Source: Silicimonas sp. (GTDB taxonomy: Bacteria > Pseudomonadota > Alphaproteobacteria > Rhodobacterales > Rhodobacteraceae). From it: 64,000 nt of DNA. Each line of letters starts with the position of its first letter. The first letter of the stretch is position 1. The notes below the pieces were generated by a model. That model worked only from the letters and a program-made list of their open reading frames with translations. It did not search any database and was not told the origin of the DNA. Shown here piece after piece: positions 9,047 to 18,009 of this stretch. Made by a program: the position numbers and the translations under genes. Where the stretch lies: NCBI GenBank assembly GCA_040220415.1, contig JAVJUV010000119.1, forward strand, positions 40,485 to 104,484, read 5' to 3'.

Positions 9047-10957
9047 TCAGGCCTGAGCGGCAAGCGGTTCGCGCATTTCCTCGTAGTGATCCAGCCGACT
9101 TGAAAACCAGGCCGTGCCGCGTGTCGCACTTCCCAACGCCCGCGCCAGTTCTTCCAGAGACGTCATCGGCAGAAGCGTGCGGAATACGTCCCAGCCTATC
9201 GCCGACGGGTGTGCCTCGAACCCCAGAACCTGGCCCTTAAGGCCGCTGGCGATCTGAACAAGTCCTCCGGCGAAAACGGATGGCAGGTGAATCTGCACGT
9301 TCAGAATGGGCTGCAGGACGGTCGTGCCCGCTTCCGCCAGCGCCTCCCGCACGGCATTCTGCCCGGCGGTACGGAACGCAAAGTCCGAACTGTCCACGGA
9401 ATGCGCCTTGCCGTCCTTCAGCGTCACGGAAATGTCGACGACCGGATGACCGGCGGGACCCGAAGCCATGGCATCGCGGGCCCCCGCCTCAACGGACGGA
9501 ATGTAATTGCGCGGCACGGCGCCGCCTTTCACGACATCGGTGAATTCGAAGCCGCTTCCCGATGCACGGGGTGCAACCTCAATCACAACATCGGCAAACT
9601 GGCCCGCACCGCCGGATTGCTTCCGATGACGATAGTGCTTTTCAATCCGCTTGCGGATCGTCTCGCGCAGTTCGGTAGAAACTTCCGAGCATTCAACCTC
9701 GATGCCGAATGACTCGGACAATTTCTGAACCGTCCGCTTCAGATGTTGCGTGCCCTGAACACCAACTTCCAGAAGACCGGTGGATTCGTCCTGCGAAATG
9801 CTCAGACCCGGGTCGATCTCACCCAGCCGGGAAAGAGCTGCAGAAAGCTTGTTTTCGTCCTTCTCGTGAACGGGATGAACAAGGCGCCGAAGGGCCGGGG
9901 GATGCGGTGCAGCCCAGTCCGGCAGATCGCCTGTGTCTTGCGCTGTCAAGAAGTGGCCGGGCGAAAGGTGGTCGCTCTTGATCGTCAATGCGAACCGACC
10001 TGTTGGAAGCGAGGGTATCGGCGTCTTCCCGTCAATTGCGTTCATGCTGCCCAGCGTTTCACCGGCAACTCTGGTGCCCGGCGCCAAACCATCGGCAAGC
10101 GACCGCACAAGAACGGTTTTTCCGACATGCTTGAGGTGATCGCCAAGGCACCCAACCGCAAGAACGTCGGCAGTCACTCCCATCCTTTCACGCAACGCAT
10201 CGCAACCGGGCACTTCATGGCGCAGTGATTTCATAAGGCGCATCAACCCGTTTCCGTGGCTGGCGGCACCAAGCAGGGCGGGGACAAGATCGTGATGCTG
10301 CAGTGCGCTGGTTGCGACCCTGTAGACATCTTCCGCTAGTGGGCGCTGATCCTCGATGATCTGCTCCAGCAGACCATCATCAAAGTCGGCCAGCGATTCC
10401 AGAAGATCGGCCCGCGCCTCTTGCTCGCGGTCCCGCATGCTGCCGGGCAATTCGACCAGCGACGACCTTTGGCCTTCGTGGTATTCCCACGCGCGCTCCG
10501 AGATCAGGTCGATCGCGCCGACGATGTCTTCCCCCGAACGCATCGGGACCTGACGCAACACGATCCCGTGCCGGCAATAGGGTTGAAGCGCCGCGACGAT
10601 ATCTGCGATCCGGTCCGCAGCCACATCCACCCGATTGATGAAAAGAAAGGTTGGCATCCCGGACTCTTCCAGAATACGGAGATAGGGCGCAGCCAGAACC
10701 GCTGCATCCTCTTCCGCTGAAACGCAAAGCACGGCGGCGTCACAGGCCGCCAGCGCAGCCCCGACATTTGCCAGATTGTCATGTCCTCCGGGAATATCGA
10801 TTGCAGCCCAGGGATCTCCCATGAACTCGAAGGTCGTGATTGCGGCGTCTCCAAAAAGCCGAAAGGACAGCGCGCGCTGTCCTTCCAGGGATGCCAGCCC
10901 TTCGACCAATGTTGTCTTCCCGGACTGAGACGGTCCGATGACGGCGAATGCTCTCAT
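9047..10957 (-). CDS. Elongation factor G-like paralogue with degenerate GTPase domain
   Basis: G1 GPSQSGKTT, DIPG, NRVD; domain IV HRKQSGGAGQFA, GGAVPRNYIPSVE, HSVDSSDFAF; SD GGAGG upstream. Confidence 0.88.
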   Translation of the reverse strand: MRAFAVIGPSQSGKTTLVEGLASLEGQRALSFRLFGDAAITTFEFMGDPWAAIDIPGGHDNLANVGAALAACDAAVLCVSAEEDAAVLAAPYLRILEESGMPTFLFINRVDVAADRIADIVAALQPYCRHGIVLRQVPMRSGEDIVGAIDLISERAWEYHEGQRSSLVELPGSMRDREQEARADLLESLADFDDGLLEQIIEDQRPLAEDVYRVATSALQHHDLVPALLGAASHGNGLMRLMKSLRHEVPGCDALRERMGVTADVLAVGCLGDHLKHVGKTVLVRSLADGLAPGTRVAGETLGSMNAIDGKTPIPSLPTGRFALTIKSDHLSPGHFLTAQDTGDLPDWAAPHPPALRRLVHPVHEKDENKLSAALSRLGEIDPGLSISQDESTGLLEVGVQGTQHLKRTVQKLSESFGIEVECSEVSTELRETIRKRIEKHYRHRKQSGGAGQFADVVIEVAPRASGSGFEFTDVVKGGAVPRNYIPSVEAGARDAMASGPAGHPVVDISVTLKDGKAHSVDSSDFAFRTAGQNAVREALAEAGTTVLQPILNVQIHLPSVFAGGLVQIASGLKGQVLGFEAHPSAIGWDVFRTLLPMTSLEELARALGSATRGTAWFSSRLDHYEEMREPLAAQA

Positions 10958-11213
10958 GCCTTACCTCCCTGCGGCTGTGCGCGGCGGCGCGCGTGCTGCG
11001 CGACGGAGGTTCTTGGCCTGATATCCCGAACACCGGGAACTACGCCTCGGAACACTGGACACGTCTGGATTGGCTGGTGTCCTTGCTTTCCTCACAGTGT
11101 CAGCCACACAGCTTCGCACAGTCAAGGGTCCAGCCATTTTTCCCCGAAACACCTGGCGCGTCTTGAGGTCGGCTTCGGTGTCGGACAAAGTCGCCACAAA
11201 AGGGAGAGTGACG

Positions 11214-12353
11214 ATGCAACTGAACGAAAACGAAGCCGGGGGCCTCTGGTTGGGGCGCGTCTGGCGGCCGGACATCGGCCCCGCCGTCGTCACCATTCGC
11301 AATGGCGAGGTTTTCGATATCACTTCCGGTACGGCACCGACGACTCGTGACGTCATGGAGATGGACGATCCGGCAACATATGTACGATCGGCGGACGGTG
11401 AATCGCTTGGCCCGCTTGGCGGCATCCGCGACGGTTCCGGCCAGGACGACGGCCCCTACTGGCTGGCACCCTGCGATCTTCAGGCAGTGAAGGCCTGCGG
11501 CGTCACATTCGCCCAGTCGATGATCGAACGTGTCATCGAGGAACAGGCGGCGGGCGACCCGGAAAAGGCCGAAGGCATCCGCCAGCGCGTCGGTTCCATC
11601 ATCGGCGACAGTCTCGACCAGATCGAAGCCGGATCGGCACAGGCCGCGAAGGTCAAGGAGGAACTGATCGCTCTCGGCATGTGGTCGCAGTATCTGGAAG
11701 TCGGGATCGGGCCGGATGCCGAGGTGTTTTCAAAGGCTCAGCCCCTGTCGGCAGTTGGCACCGGCGCGGAAGTCGGCCTTCATCCGATGTCGAAATGGAA
11801 CAACCCCGAGCCTGAAATTGTATTGGCGGTGAACTCACGCGGCGAGATCCACGGCGTTTCGCTGGGCAATGACGTGAACCTCCGCGATGTCGAGGGACGC
11901 TCGGCGCTGTTGCTCTCGAAGGCCAAGGACAATAATGCCAGCTGCGCGATAGGCCCGATGATCCGATTGTTCGACGACACCTGGTCGCTGGACGACGTGC
12001 GCCGCGCCGAACTGGACCTGAAGGTGGAAGGCCAGGACGGCTTCACGCTTGAAGGCCACTCGCTCATGGAAAAGATCAGCCGCGATCCCGAGGATCTGGT
12101 GTCACAGACCATCGGTCGGCATCACCAGTATCCGGATGGATTCATGCTGTTTCTGGGCACGCTCTTCGCGCCGACAAAGGATCGCGACGCTCCCGGACAG
12201 GGATTCACCCACAAACTTGGTGATCGCGTCAGCATCTCATGCGACGGGTTAGGCGTCTTGCAGAACACGGTGCGCCTGTCCACCGAGTGTCCCGAATGGA
12301 CCTTCGGAACCGCAGCGTTCATGCGGAACCTTGCCGGGCGCGGGCTTCTCTGA
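11214..12353 (+). CDS. xylX: FAH-family 2-dehydro-3-deoxy-D-pentonate dehydratase (XylX-like, Weimberg pathway)
   Basis: WSQYLEVGIGPDAE, WNNPEPE, GNDVNLRDVEGRSALLLSKAKDNNASC and C-terminal RNLAGRGLL, as recalled for Caulobacter XylX; GGAG before ATG 11214. Confidence 0.8.
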   Translation: MQLNENEAGGLWLGRVWRPDIGPAVVTIRNGEVFDITSGTAPTTRDVMEMDDPATYVRSADGESLGPLGGIRDGSGQDDGPYWLAPCDLQAVKACGVTFAQSMIERVIEEQAAGDPEKAEGIRQRVGSIIGDSLDQIEAGSAQAAKVKEELIALGMWSQYLEVGIGPDAEVFSKAQPLSAVGTGAEVGLHPMSKWNNPEPEIVLAVNSRGEIHGVSLGNDVNLRDVEGRSALLLSKAKDNNASCAIGPMIRLFDDTWSLDDVRRAELDLKVEGQDGFTLEGHSLMEKISRDPEDLVSQTIGRHHQYPDGFMLFLGTLFAPTKDRDAPGQGFTHKLGDRVSISCDGLGVLQNTVRLSTECPEWTFGTAAFMRNLAGRGLL

Positions 12354-12356
12354 CCG

Positions 12357-13331
12357 TCAACCGCTCCAGGCTTCCGGGTTGATCATGTGGACCGGCTTGC
12401 CCTCGCCGTAGGCATTTATCTGGTCGTAGATGTCCGAGAATTGAAGCTCCAGTTCTTCCTCGGTCACGTAGCCGATGTGCGGCGTGGCGATCACGCGGGG
12501 ATGCGACAGGATGGAATCGTCGGAGTCCGTCAAGGGCTCGGTGTCGAATACATCTAGCGCGATACGACCCGGCCTTCCCGCAGCAAGTACCGCTTCAAGC
12601 GCACCCGGCGCCAAAAGCCGGGACCGCGAGGTATTCACGAAGATGGCAGAACGCTTCATGGTCAGAAGGTCCTCTGCCGTGACGATGCCGCGTGTTTCAG
12701 GCTTCAGGCGCACATGCAGGCTGACGACGTCGGACATGGCGAAGAACGCCTCGCGGCTGGCTGCGACGGTTTCACCATCCGCCACGGCGCGGGCGCGCCC
12801 GGCATCTGATGACCACCAATGGATTTTCATGCCGAAGGCACGGCCGTATCCCGCCACCGCCTTGCCGATCCTGCCATATCCATAGAGACCAAGTGTCCGA
12901 CCGGACAATGTCTGACCGACGCCCGCCTGCCATGTCCCGGCCTTGGCCGAGGCCAGCTGCTCGGGCAATTGCCGAGCTGCGGCAAGGATCAGGGCAAAGG
13001 TCAGTTCAGCCGTGGCGATCGACGGCGCGTCGGAATGCATGTTCGAGCAAAGCAGAACCCCGTTATCTGTGCAGGCGGGAACGTCCACGTGCGGGTAAAC
13101 GCCACGCTGGCTGACGAGTTTCAGGTTCGGAAGTCGTTCAAGCAGTTCGCGCGTGACGGGCGTTCTCTCGCGGAACAGCACCAGGGCTTCAGCATCCGCA
13201 AGCCGCTGACCCAACACATCGATGTCTTCGGTATGGTCGTTCCAGACCGTGACCTCGTGACCTTTCAGCCGGGCGAAACCGGGCAGGGTTCTCAGCGTGT
13301 CGAACCAATCATCCAGAATGTGTACCTTCAT
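12357..13331 (-). CDS. D-isomer-specific 2-hydroxyacid dehydrogenase (SerA-like)
   Basis: GLYGYGRIG, VNTSR, LDVFDTEPL, TPHIGY. Confidence 0.9.
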   Translation of the reverse strand: MKVHILDDWFDTLRTLPGFARLKGHEVTVWNDHTEDIDVLGQRLADAEALVLFRERTPVTRELLERLPNLKLVSQRGVYPHVDVPACTDNGVLLCSNMHSDAPSIATAELTFALILAAARQLPEQLASAKAGTWQAGVGQTLSGRTLGLYGYGRIGKAVAGYGRAFGMKIHWWSSDAGRARAVADGETVAASREAFFAMSDVVSLHVRLKPETRGIVTAEDLLTMKRSAIFVNTSRSRLLAPGALEAVLAAGRPGRIALDVFDTEPLTDSDDSILSHPRVIATPHIGYVTEEELELQFSDIYDQINAYGEGKPVHMINPEAWSG

Positions 13332-13353
13332 CTGCTTTCTATCCGGTCATGAA

Positions 13354-13596
13354 TCATCGACGCACCTGCTGACGGGACAAATACATCGGCGGGACGCAGG
13401 TAATCGACGTCACGTCGACCAGCGGTCCGTTCAGTTGCGGCTCCACCACGTTCGGCATCAAGGCCATTCCCGCAGCGTAATTCGACGCCGTTCTATCCGC
13501 TTCTTGGAACTTCAAGCCTGCACCCGAAGCGATCCAATGAGCCGTGGCCACCGCGCCGAACGTGCGAGGCAATTCGTGCCGCGTGGCAAAGCTCAT
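13354..13596 (-). pseudogene. Decayed N-terminal fragment of a gamma-glutamyltransferase-family gene
   Basis: MSFATRHELPRTFGAVATAHWIAS...VVEPQLNGP resembles the GGT N-terminus (F-T-T-R-P-E-x-x-G-T-F-G...H-W-I-A...V-V-E-P-H-L-N-G-P); only 80 aa; ATGA-coupled to abrB. Confidence 0.65.
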
Positions 13597-14657
13597 TCCT
13601 TCTTGTCCCCCTCCTGTCGGTCCTTGACGCGAAAGGCCCGCGCCACGATCGGCGCGCCGGTGATGACCAGAAGAACGCGTGTCAGGTGATGCACGATGAC
13701 ATACCCCAGATCCGCTCCGACGATAATCGCCAGGACTGTCATTTCAGCCTGTCCGCCCGGCGCGAAGGCAAGAAACGCGTCCATCGGCCTTGCCAGTCCC
13801 AGAATCACGACGATCTCGGTAAAGGCTGCCGCCAGCCCGGCAAGCATCAGAACGAAGAACACCCCGGCCAGAACGACGCGCCGCACCTCATGCGCCGTCA
13901 CTCCGACATATCCGATCCCGATCCCGATCCCGATAAAGAACTGCGCGGCAAGTATCGCTTCGGCAGGGGGACGGTGTTCTATGACCCCGCTGACGGTCAA
14001 AAGGCCCGTCGTTATCATGGGGCCCAGAATGGACGCACCGAAGAGTCCGATCCGCTCTCCGCCCTTCCAACCGACCAGCGCGGCTACCGCCATCAGCACA
14101 AGTTCCCAGACCGGCAGGTCCTTGGCGGGGGCGCCGATCGGGTTGTCCAGTCCGGCACCGAATCCCTGGGTCAGAATGACCGGGGCAACCGTGATGATGA
14201 TCAGCACCCGCGTTGCGTGGATCAGCGAAAGCGCGCGCACATCGCCACCGGCCTCTTGTCCGAAGATCACCATGTCCTGCAAGCCGCCCGGCATGGCGGC
14301 ATACCAGGATGTTGCCCAGTCGAACTTGTAGACTTTCCGGAAGAACGGCACGCCGATCAGACCGATCAGCGCGATATAGATCGGGATCAACGCCACAGAC
14401 GCGGTCATTTGCGGTAACCGTCCGATAACCTCGGGCGTCATCGAGGCCCCGACCGCGACACCAAGAATGGTACGCATCGCCGTGCTGAACTGTCCGACAC
14501 CCCGGATCGGCGCCCCCATAAGCGCGACAACCAGACAGGCCACCATCGGACCGAAAAGAAATGGCAAAGGCAGATTGAGGAGCAGGAAGACGCCAGTGCC
14601 CAGCGCACCGAGCATAAGGGTAAGGACGGACCGGACAAGTGGTGGCAGTCGGCTCAT
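13593..14657 (-). CDS. AbrB-family (AmoA-like) duplicated membrane protein
   Basis: Two repeats with PGG motifs (AMPGGLQDM, FAPGGQAEM), IHATRV/HHLTRV, highly hydrophobic. Confidence 0.85.
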   Translation of the reverse strand: MSRLPPLVRSVLTLMLGALGTGVFLLLNLPLPFLFGPMVACLVVALMGAPIRGVGQFSTAMRTILGVAVGASMTPEVIGRLPQMTASVALIPIYIALIGLIGVPFFRKVYKFDWATSWYAAMPGGLQDMVIFGQEAGGDVRALSLIHATRVLIIITVAPVILTQGFGAGLDNPIGAPAKDLPVWELVLMAVAALVGWKGGERIGLFGASILGPMITTGLLTVSGVIEHRPPAEAILAAQFFIGIGIGIGYVGVTAHEVRRVVLAGVFFVLMLAGLAAAFTEIVVILGLARPMDAFLAFAPGGQAEMTVLAIIVGADLGYVIVHHLTRVLLVITGAPIVARAFRVKDRQEGDKKE

Positions 14658-14686
14658 ATGCTTAACGCCGGATACATTGCATTCTC

Positions 14687-14706
14687 TTGTATACGCGTGT
14701 ATTCAA
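14687..14706. promoter_or_regulatory. Probable GntR/FadR-type operator between divergent abrB and gntR
   Basis: TTGTATACGCGTGTATTCAA, imperfect palindrome (16/20 positions self-complementary) with a TTGTATAC core. Confidence 0.6.
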
Positions 14707-14739
14707 TTTGAAAAGACGCGAAGAAAGCCGCCGCTGCAA

Positions 14740-15393
14740 ATGGAAAGAGAAACAGGCACCAGGCAGGGTCAGGACGCCTACCAGCGCCTGGTTGAAGCGA
14801 TCCGGGCAGGAGGTTTGAAACCGGGCGACCGCCTGATCGAGACCGAACTTGCCGAACGCCTTGGGATATCCCGCACCCCTGTTCGCGAAGCGATCCGGCA
14901 GCTTGAATCTGACGGACTGATCACACACTTACCTCGAGCAGGAGTGATAGTCCGACAACTGGATTACGCAGAAATAACAGAGCTTTACGAGATGCGCGCC
15001 GTTCTTGAAGGCACCGCCGCGCGGTTCGCTTCCCGGGCAGCGTCGGACATCGAACTCGCAGATTTGGAATCGATCAACGCCGAGATGAAAGCCGCACCCG
15101 GCACGGACGCGCTTTACGAGACGAACCGGCAGTTTCACGGCGTGCTTCTGAACGCCGCCCGGAACCGCTATCTGGTCAAGTCCGTCGAGGCGATTCAGAA
15201 AACACTTCTGATCCTCGGCCCTTCCACGATGGAGGAAGGGGACCGCGCCGCAAGAGCGATCGAAGAGCACGAGGCTCTGATTTCCGCGCTGCGCGCACGT
15301 GACGGAAACGCCGCCGAGGCGCAGATGCGTTCCCATATCGAAGCGGCGCATCGAGCCCGCCTGCGCCAGCTTCGGCTGACGGCGGCGGCATGA
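14740..15393 (+). CDS. GntR family transcriptional regulator (FCD domain)
   Basis: LKPGDRLIETELAERLGISRTPVREA wHTH; NRQFH, EEH, MRSHI FCD residues. Confidence 0.92.
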   Translation: MERETGTRQGQDAYQRLVEAIRAGGLKPGDRLIETELAERLGISRTPVREAIRQLESDGLITHLPRAGVIVRQLDYAEITELYEMRAVLEGTAARFASRAASDIELADLESINAEMKAAPGTDALYETNRQFHGVLLNAARNRYLVKSVEAIQKTLLILGPSTMEEGDRAARAIEEHEALISALRARDGNAAEAQMRSHIEAAHRARLRQLRLTAAA

Positions 15394-16784
15394 GCCAGCT
15401 TGATCGGGAACGCTGGGACATAATAGTCGCAGGCGGCGGGAACGCCGGCCTATGCTCCGCAATCGAGGCCGCAGAGGCCGGTGCCAAAGTCCTGATTCTG
15501 GATGCGGCCCCAATTGAGTTTCGAGGCGGCAACTCGCGCCACACGCGGAACTTCCGCTGTATGCACCGTCGCCCGCTTTCGGTCCTGACGGGCTCCTACG
15601 CGGAAGACGAATACTACGAAGACCTCATCCGCGTCACAAAGGGCAAGACCGACGAGGCGCTGGCCCGGATGACGATCCGGCAGTCCGAGGATTGCCTTCC
15701 CTGGATGGAGGCGCACGGCGTGCGATTCCAGCCTTCCCTGTCTGGCACTCTGTCCCTGTCGCGTACCAACGCCTTCTTTCTTGGCGGCGGCAAGGCACTC
15801 GTTAATGCGTACTACAACACGGCCGAGGACCTTGGCGTCACGGCAGCATACGGGACCGAAGTTACCCACGTGCGGATCGAAGATGGCCGGTTCACAGGCC
15901 TCGACGTCACGAAGCAGGGGCAAACGTATAGCCCGAAGGCGCGGGCGCTGGTCCTCGCCTCCGGCGGCTTCCAGGCTGACATCGACTGGCTGGCCAAGGC
16001 CTGGGGTCCCGCCGCGCGAAACTTCCTGATCCGCGGCACGCCGTTTAACAAGGGCCGTATCTTGCGAGATATGCTCGACCAGGGCGCCGACAGCGTTGGC
16101 GACCCGACCCAGTGCCACGCCGTCGCCATCGACGGGCGCGCAGCGAAGTTCGACGCAGGCATCGTCACGCGGCTGGATTGCGTGCCCTTTTCGATCGTCG
16201 TGAACCGCGACGGACAGCGCTTCTACGACGAGGGTGAGGACGTCTGGCCCAAACGCTATGCGATATGGGGCCGTCTGGTCGCCGCGCAACCGGAACAGAT
16301 CGGCTTCGCCATCATCGACTCCAAGGCCGTGAACGATTTCATGCCTTCCGTCTTCCCGCCCGAGACCGCCGACACCATCGATGGCCTTGCCCAAAAACTT
16401 GGCCTGCCAGGGCAGTCGGTGCGGGAGACGGTCGATGCCTACAACGCTGCCTGCCGACCTGGCACTTTCGACGGCAGCGACCTTGACGGGCTGTCCACTC
16501 AGGGCCTCGACCCGCCCAAATCGAACTGGGCCCGGCCAATCTGCGATCCGCCGTTCCTCGGCTATCCGCTCCGGCCTGGGGTGACGTTCACCTACCTGGG
16601 CCTGAAGGTTGACGAAACGGCGCGTGTGTCGGCCGACGGACATCGGCTGGAAAATGTCTGGGCGGCGGGAGAGATCATGGCGGGTTCGATCCTGGGCGAG
16701 GGCTACCTGGCCGGTTTCGGTATGACCATCGGCACCGTCTTCGGTCGCATCGCAGGACAGGAGGCAGCCGCGCATGCTCGTTAA
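15390..16784 (+). CDS. tcuA: FAD-dependent tricarballylate dehydrogenase TcuA (CobZ N-terminal homologue)
   Basis: GGGNAG FAD motif, RGGNSRHTRN, FQPSLSGTLSLSRTNAFFLGGGKAL, WPKRYAIWGRL, GEIMAG. Confidence 0.88.
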   Translation: MSQLDRERWDIIVAGGGNAGLCSAIEAAEAGAKVLILDAAPIEFRGGNSRHTRNFRCMHRRPLSVLTGSYAEDEYYEDLIRVTKGKTDEALARMTIRQSEDCLPWMEAHGVRFQPSLSGTLSLSRTNAFFLGGGKALVNAYYNTAEDLGVTAAYGTEVTHVRIEDGRFTGLDVTKQGQTYSPKARALVLASGGFQADIDWLAKAWGPAARNFLIRGTPFNKGRILRDMLDQGADSVGDPTQCHAVAIDGRAAKFDAGIVTRLDCVPFSIVVNRDGQRFYDEGEDVWPKRYAIWGRLVAAQPEQIGFAIIDSKAVNDFMPSVFPPETADTIDGLAQKLGLPGQSVRETVDAYNAACRPGTFDGSDLDGLSTQGLDPPKSNWARPICDPPFLGYPLRPGVTFTYLGLKVDETARVSADGHRLENVWAAGEIMAGSILGEGYLAGFGMTIGTVFGRIAGQEAAAHAR

Positions 16785-17853
16785 GTCCACGCCGGAAATC
16801 ACGCCCGCCATTACGGAGGCACGCCGACAGGCCGAAATCTGCAATGCCTGTCGGTATTGCGAGGGCTTCTGTGCCGTGTTTCCCGCAATGTTCGCCGAGC
16901 GCATGTTTTCGGACGGAGACATCACGCGGATCGCCAACCTCTGCCATAATTGCCGGGGCTGCTATTACTCCTGCCAGTACACTGCCCCGCACGAGTTCGA
17001 TCTGAACCTGCCAAAAGCGCTGGCCGAGGCCCAAACCGAAAGCTGGGATCGTTTTGCCTGGCCCGGCCCCTTGGCGGGACTGTTCCATCGCAATGCTACG
17101 CCGATTTCGCTGGGGTTGGTCGTGGGGATCACGCTGCTCTTCATCGCAATTCAGTTGCTTCCCGGGGATCGAGAAGGTTTTTATGCCGCGCTGTCTCACG
17201 GAGCGATGGTGGCGATTTTCGCACCCGCTTTTCTCTTTCCGATTTTCGCACTGGCTATCGGCGTTCGCCGTTTCTGGAAGGAAACGGGCGGTGGTGCGCT
17301 CCGCATGTCTCACTGGAAAGAGGCCGCAACGGCAGCGGCAGCGCTCAGAAACCTCTCGGGTGGACAGGGCCAGGGCTGCAACTACGAGAAAGGCGACCGC
17401 TACAGCGTCGCTCGCCGCCATGCCCACCAGGCTACGCTCTGGGGCTTTGTCCTTTGCTTCGCATCAACGTCATCCGGCACGGTGCTGCACTATGTCTTCG
17501 ACATGCCCGCCCCATATGGCCCGGTAAGCCTGCCGAAGCTCGTGGGCGTGCCGGGCGGTATACTTCTGACCCTCGGCGCCTTCGGCCTTGCTTGGCTGAA
17601 AACCAAGGCCGATCCCCGTTTGGGTGCCGTCAATCGCCATGGAGCGGAAGTGGCGTTCGTGGTGCTTCTGGGCCTGACCGGCTTCTCCGGCCTGCTTCTC
17701 TACGGCACAACCGGAACGGCATGGGTTCCGGTCCTTCTTGCGTTGCATCTCGGCGTGGTGCTGACGTTTTTCCTGACGACGCCCTATTCGAAGATGGCGC
17801 ACGGCGCCTACCGGTTTGCGGCTCTGCTGCGAGACGCAGAGCGCAAACAATGA
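16774..17853 (+). CDS. tcuB: Tricarballylate utilization 4Fe-4S membrane protein TcuB
   Basis: CNACRYCEGFCAVF and CHNCRGCYYSCQY Fe-S motifs, PYSKMAH, multiple TM helices. Confidence 0.88.
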   Translation: MLVKSTPEITPAITEARRQAEICNACRYCEGFCAVFPAMFAERMFSDGDITRIANLCHNCRGCYYSCQYTAPHEFDLNLPKALAEAQTESWDRFAWPGPLAGLFHRNATPISLGLVVGITLLFIAIQLLPGDREGFYAALSHGAMVAIFAPAFLFPIFALAIGVRRFWKETGGGALRMSHWKEAATAAAALRNLSGGQGQGCNYEKGDRYSVARRHAHQATLWGFVLCFASTSSGTVLHYVFDMPAPYGPVSLPKLVGVPGGILLTLGAFGLAWLKTKADPRLGAVNRHGAEVAFVVLLGLTGFSGLLLYGTTGTAWVPVLLALHLGVVLTFFLTTPYSKMAHGAYRFAALLRDAERKQ

Positions 17854-17924
17854 CCCGAGCGTTGATGCTGTCAGGCGGCGGGATCGAACCGGGGATCATC
17901 GCCCCGGCAGCGGCGCGACCGTGA
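17850..17924 (+). pseudogene. Possible 24-codon remnant of a downstream gene (ModA-like substrate-binding protein N-terminus?)
   Basis: ATGA-coupled to tcuB; MTRALMLSGGGIEPGII resembles L-S-[AG]-G-A-x-E-P-G starts of ModA-like binding proteins (from recall), then stops. Confidence 0.3.
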
Positions 17925-18009
17925 ATACGTCGCAACGCAGCCAAATACGCGGATCACTCGGACAACAAACCTTATACCTTGCCTGACGGTCACCCGACGA
18001 TCACGAACC

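Noticed and set aside
13910-13933. Short CCGATC tandem repeat
   Set aside because: Encodes the IGIGIG segment of a TM helix in abrB; not an array
13593-14657. 'Ammonia monooxygenase' label often attached to this family
   Set aside because: AbrB-family membrane protein; no amoCAB context
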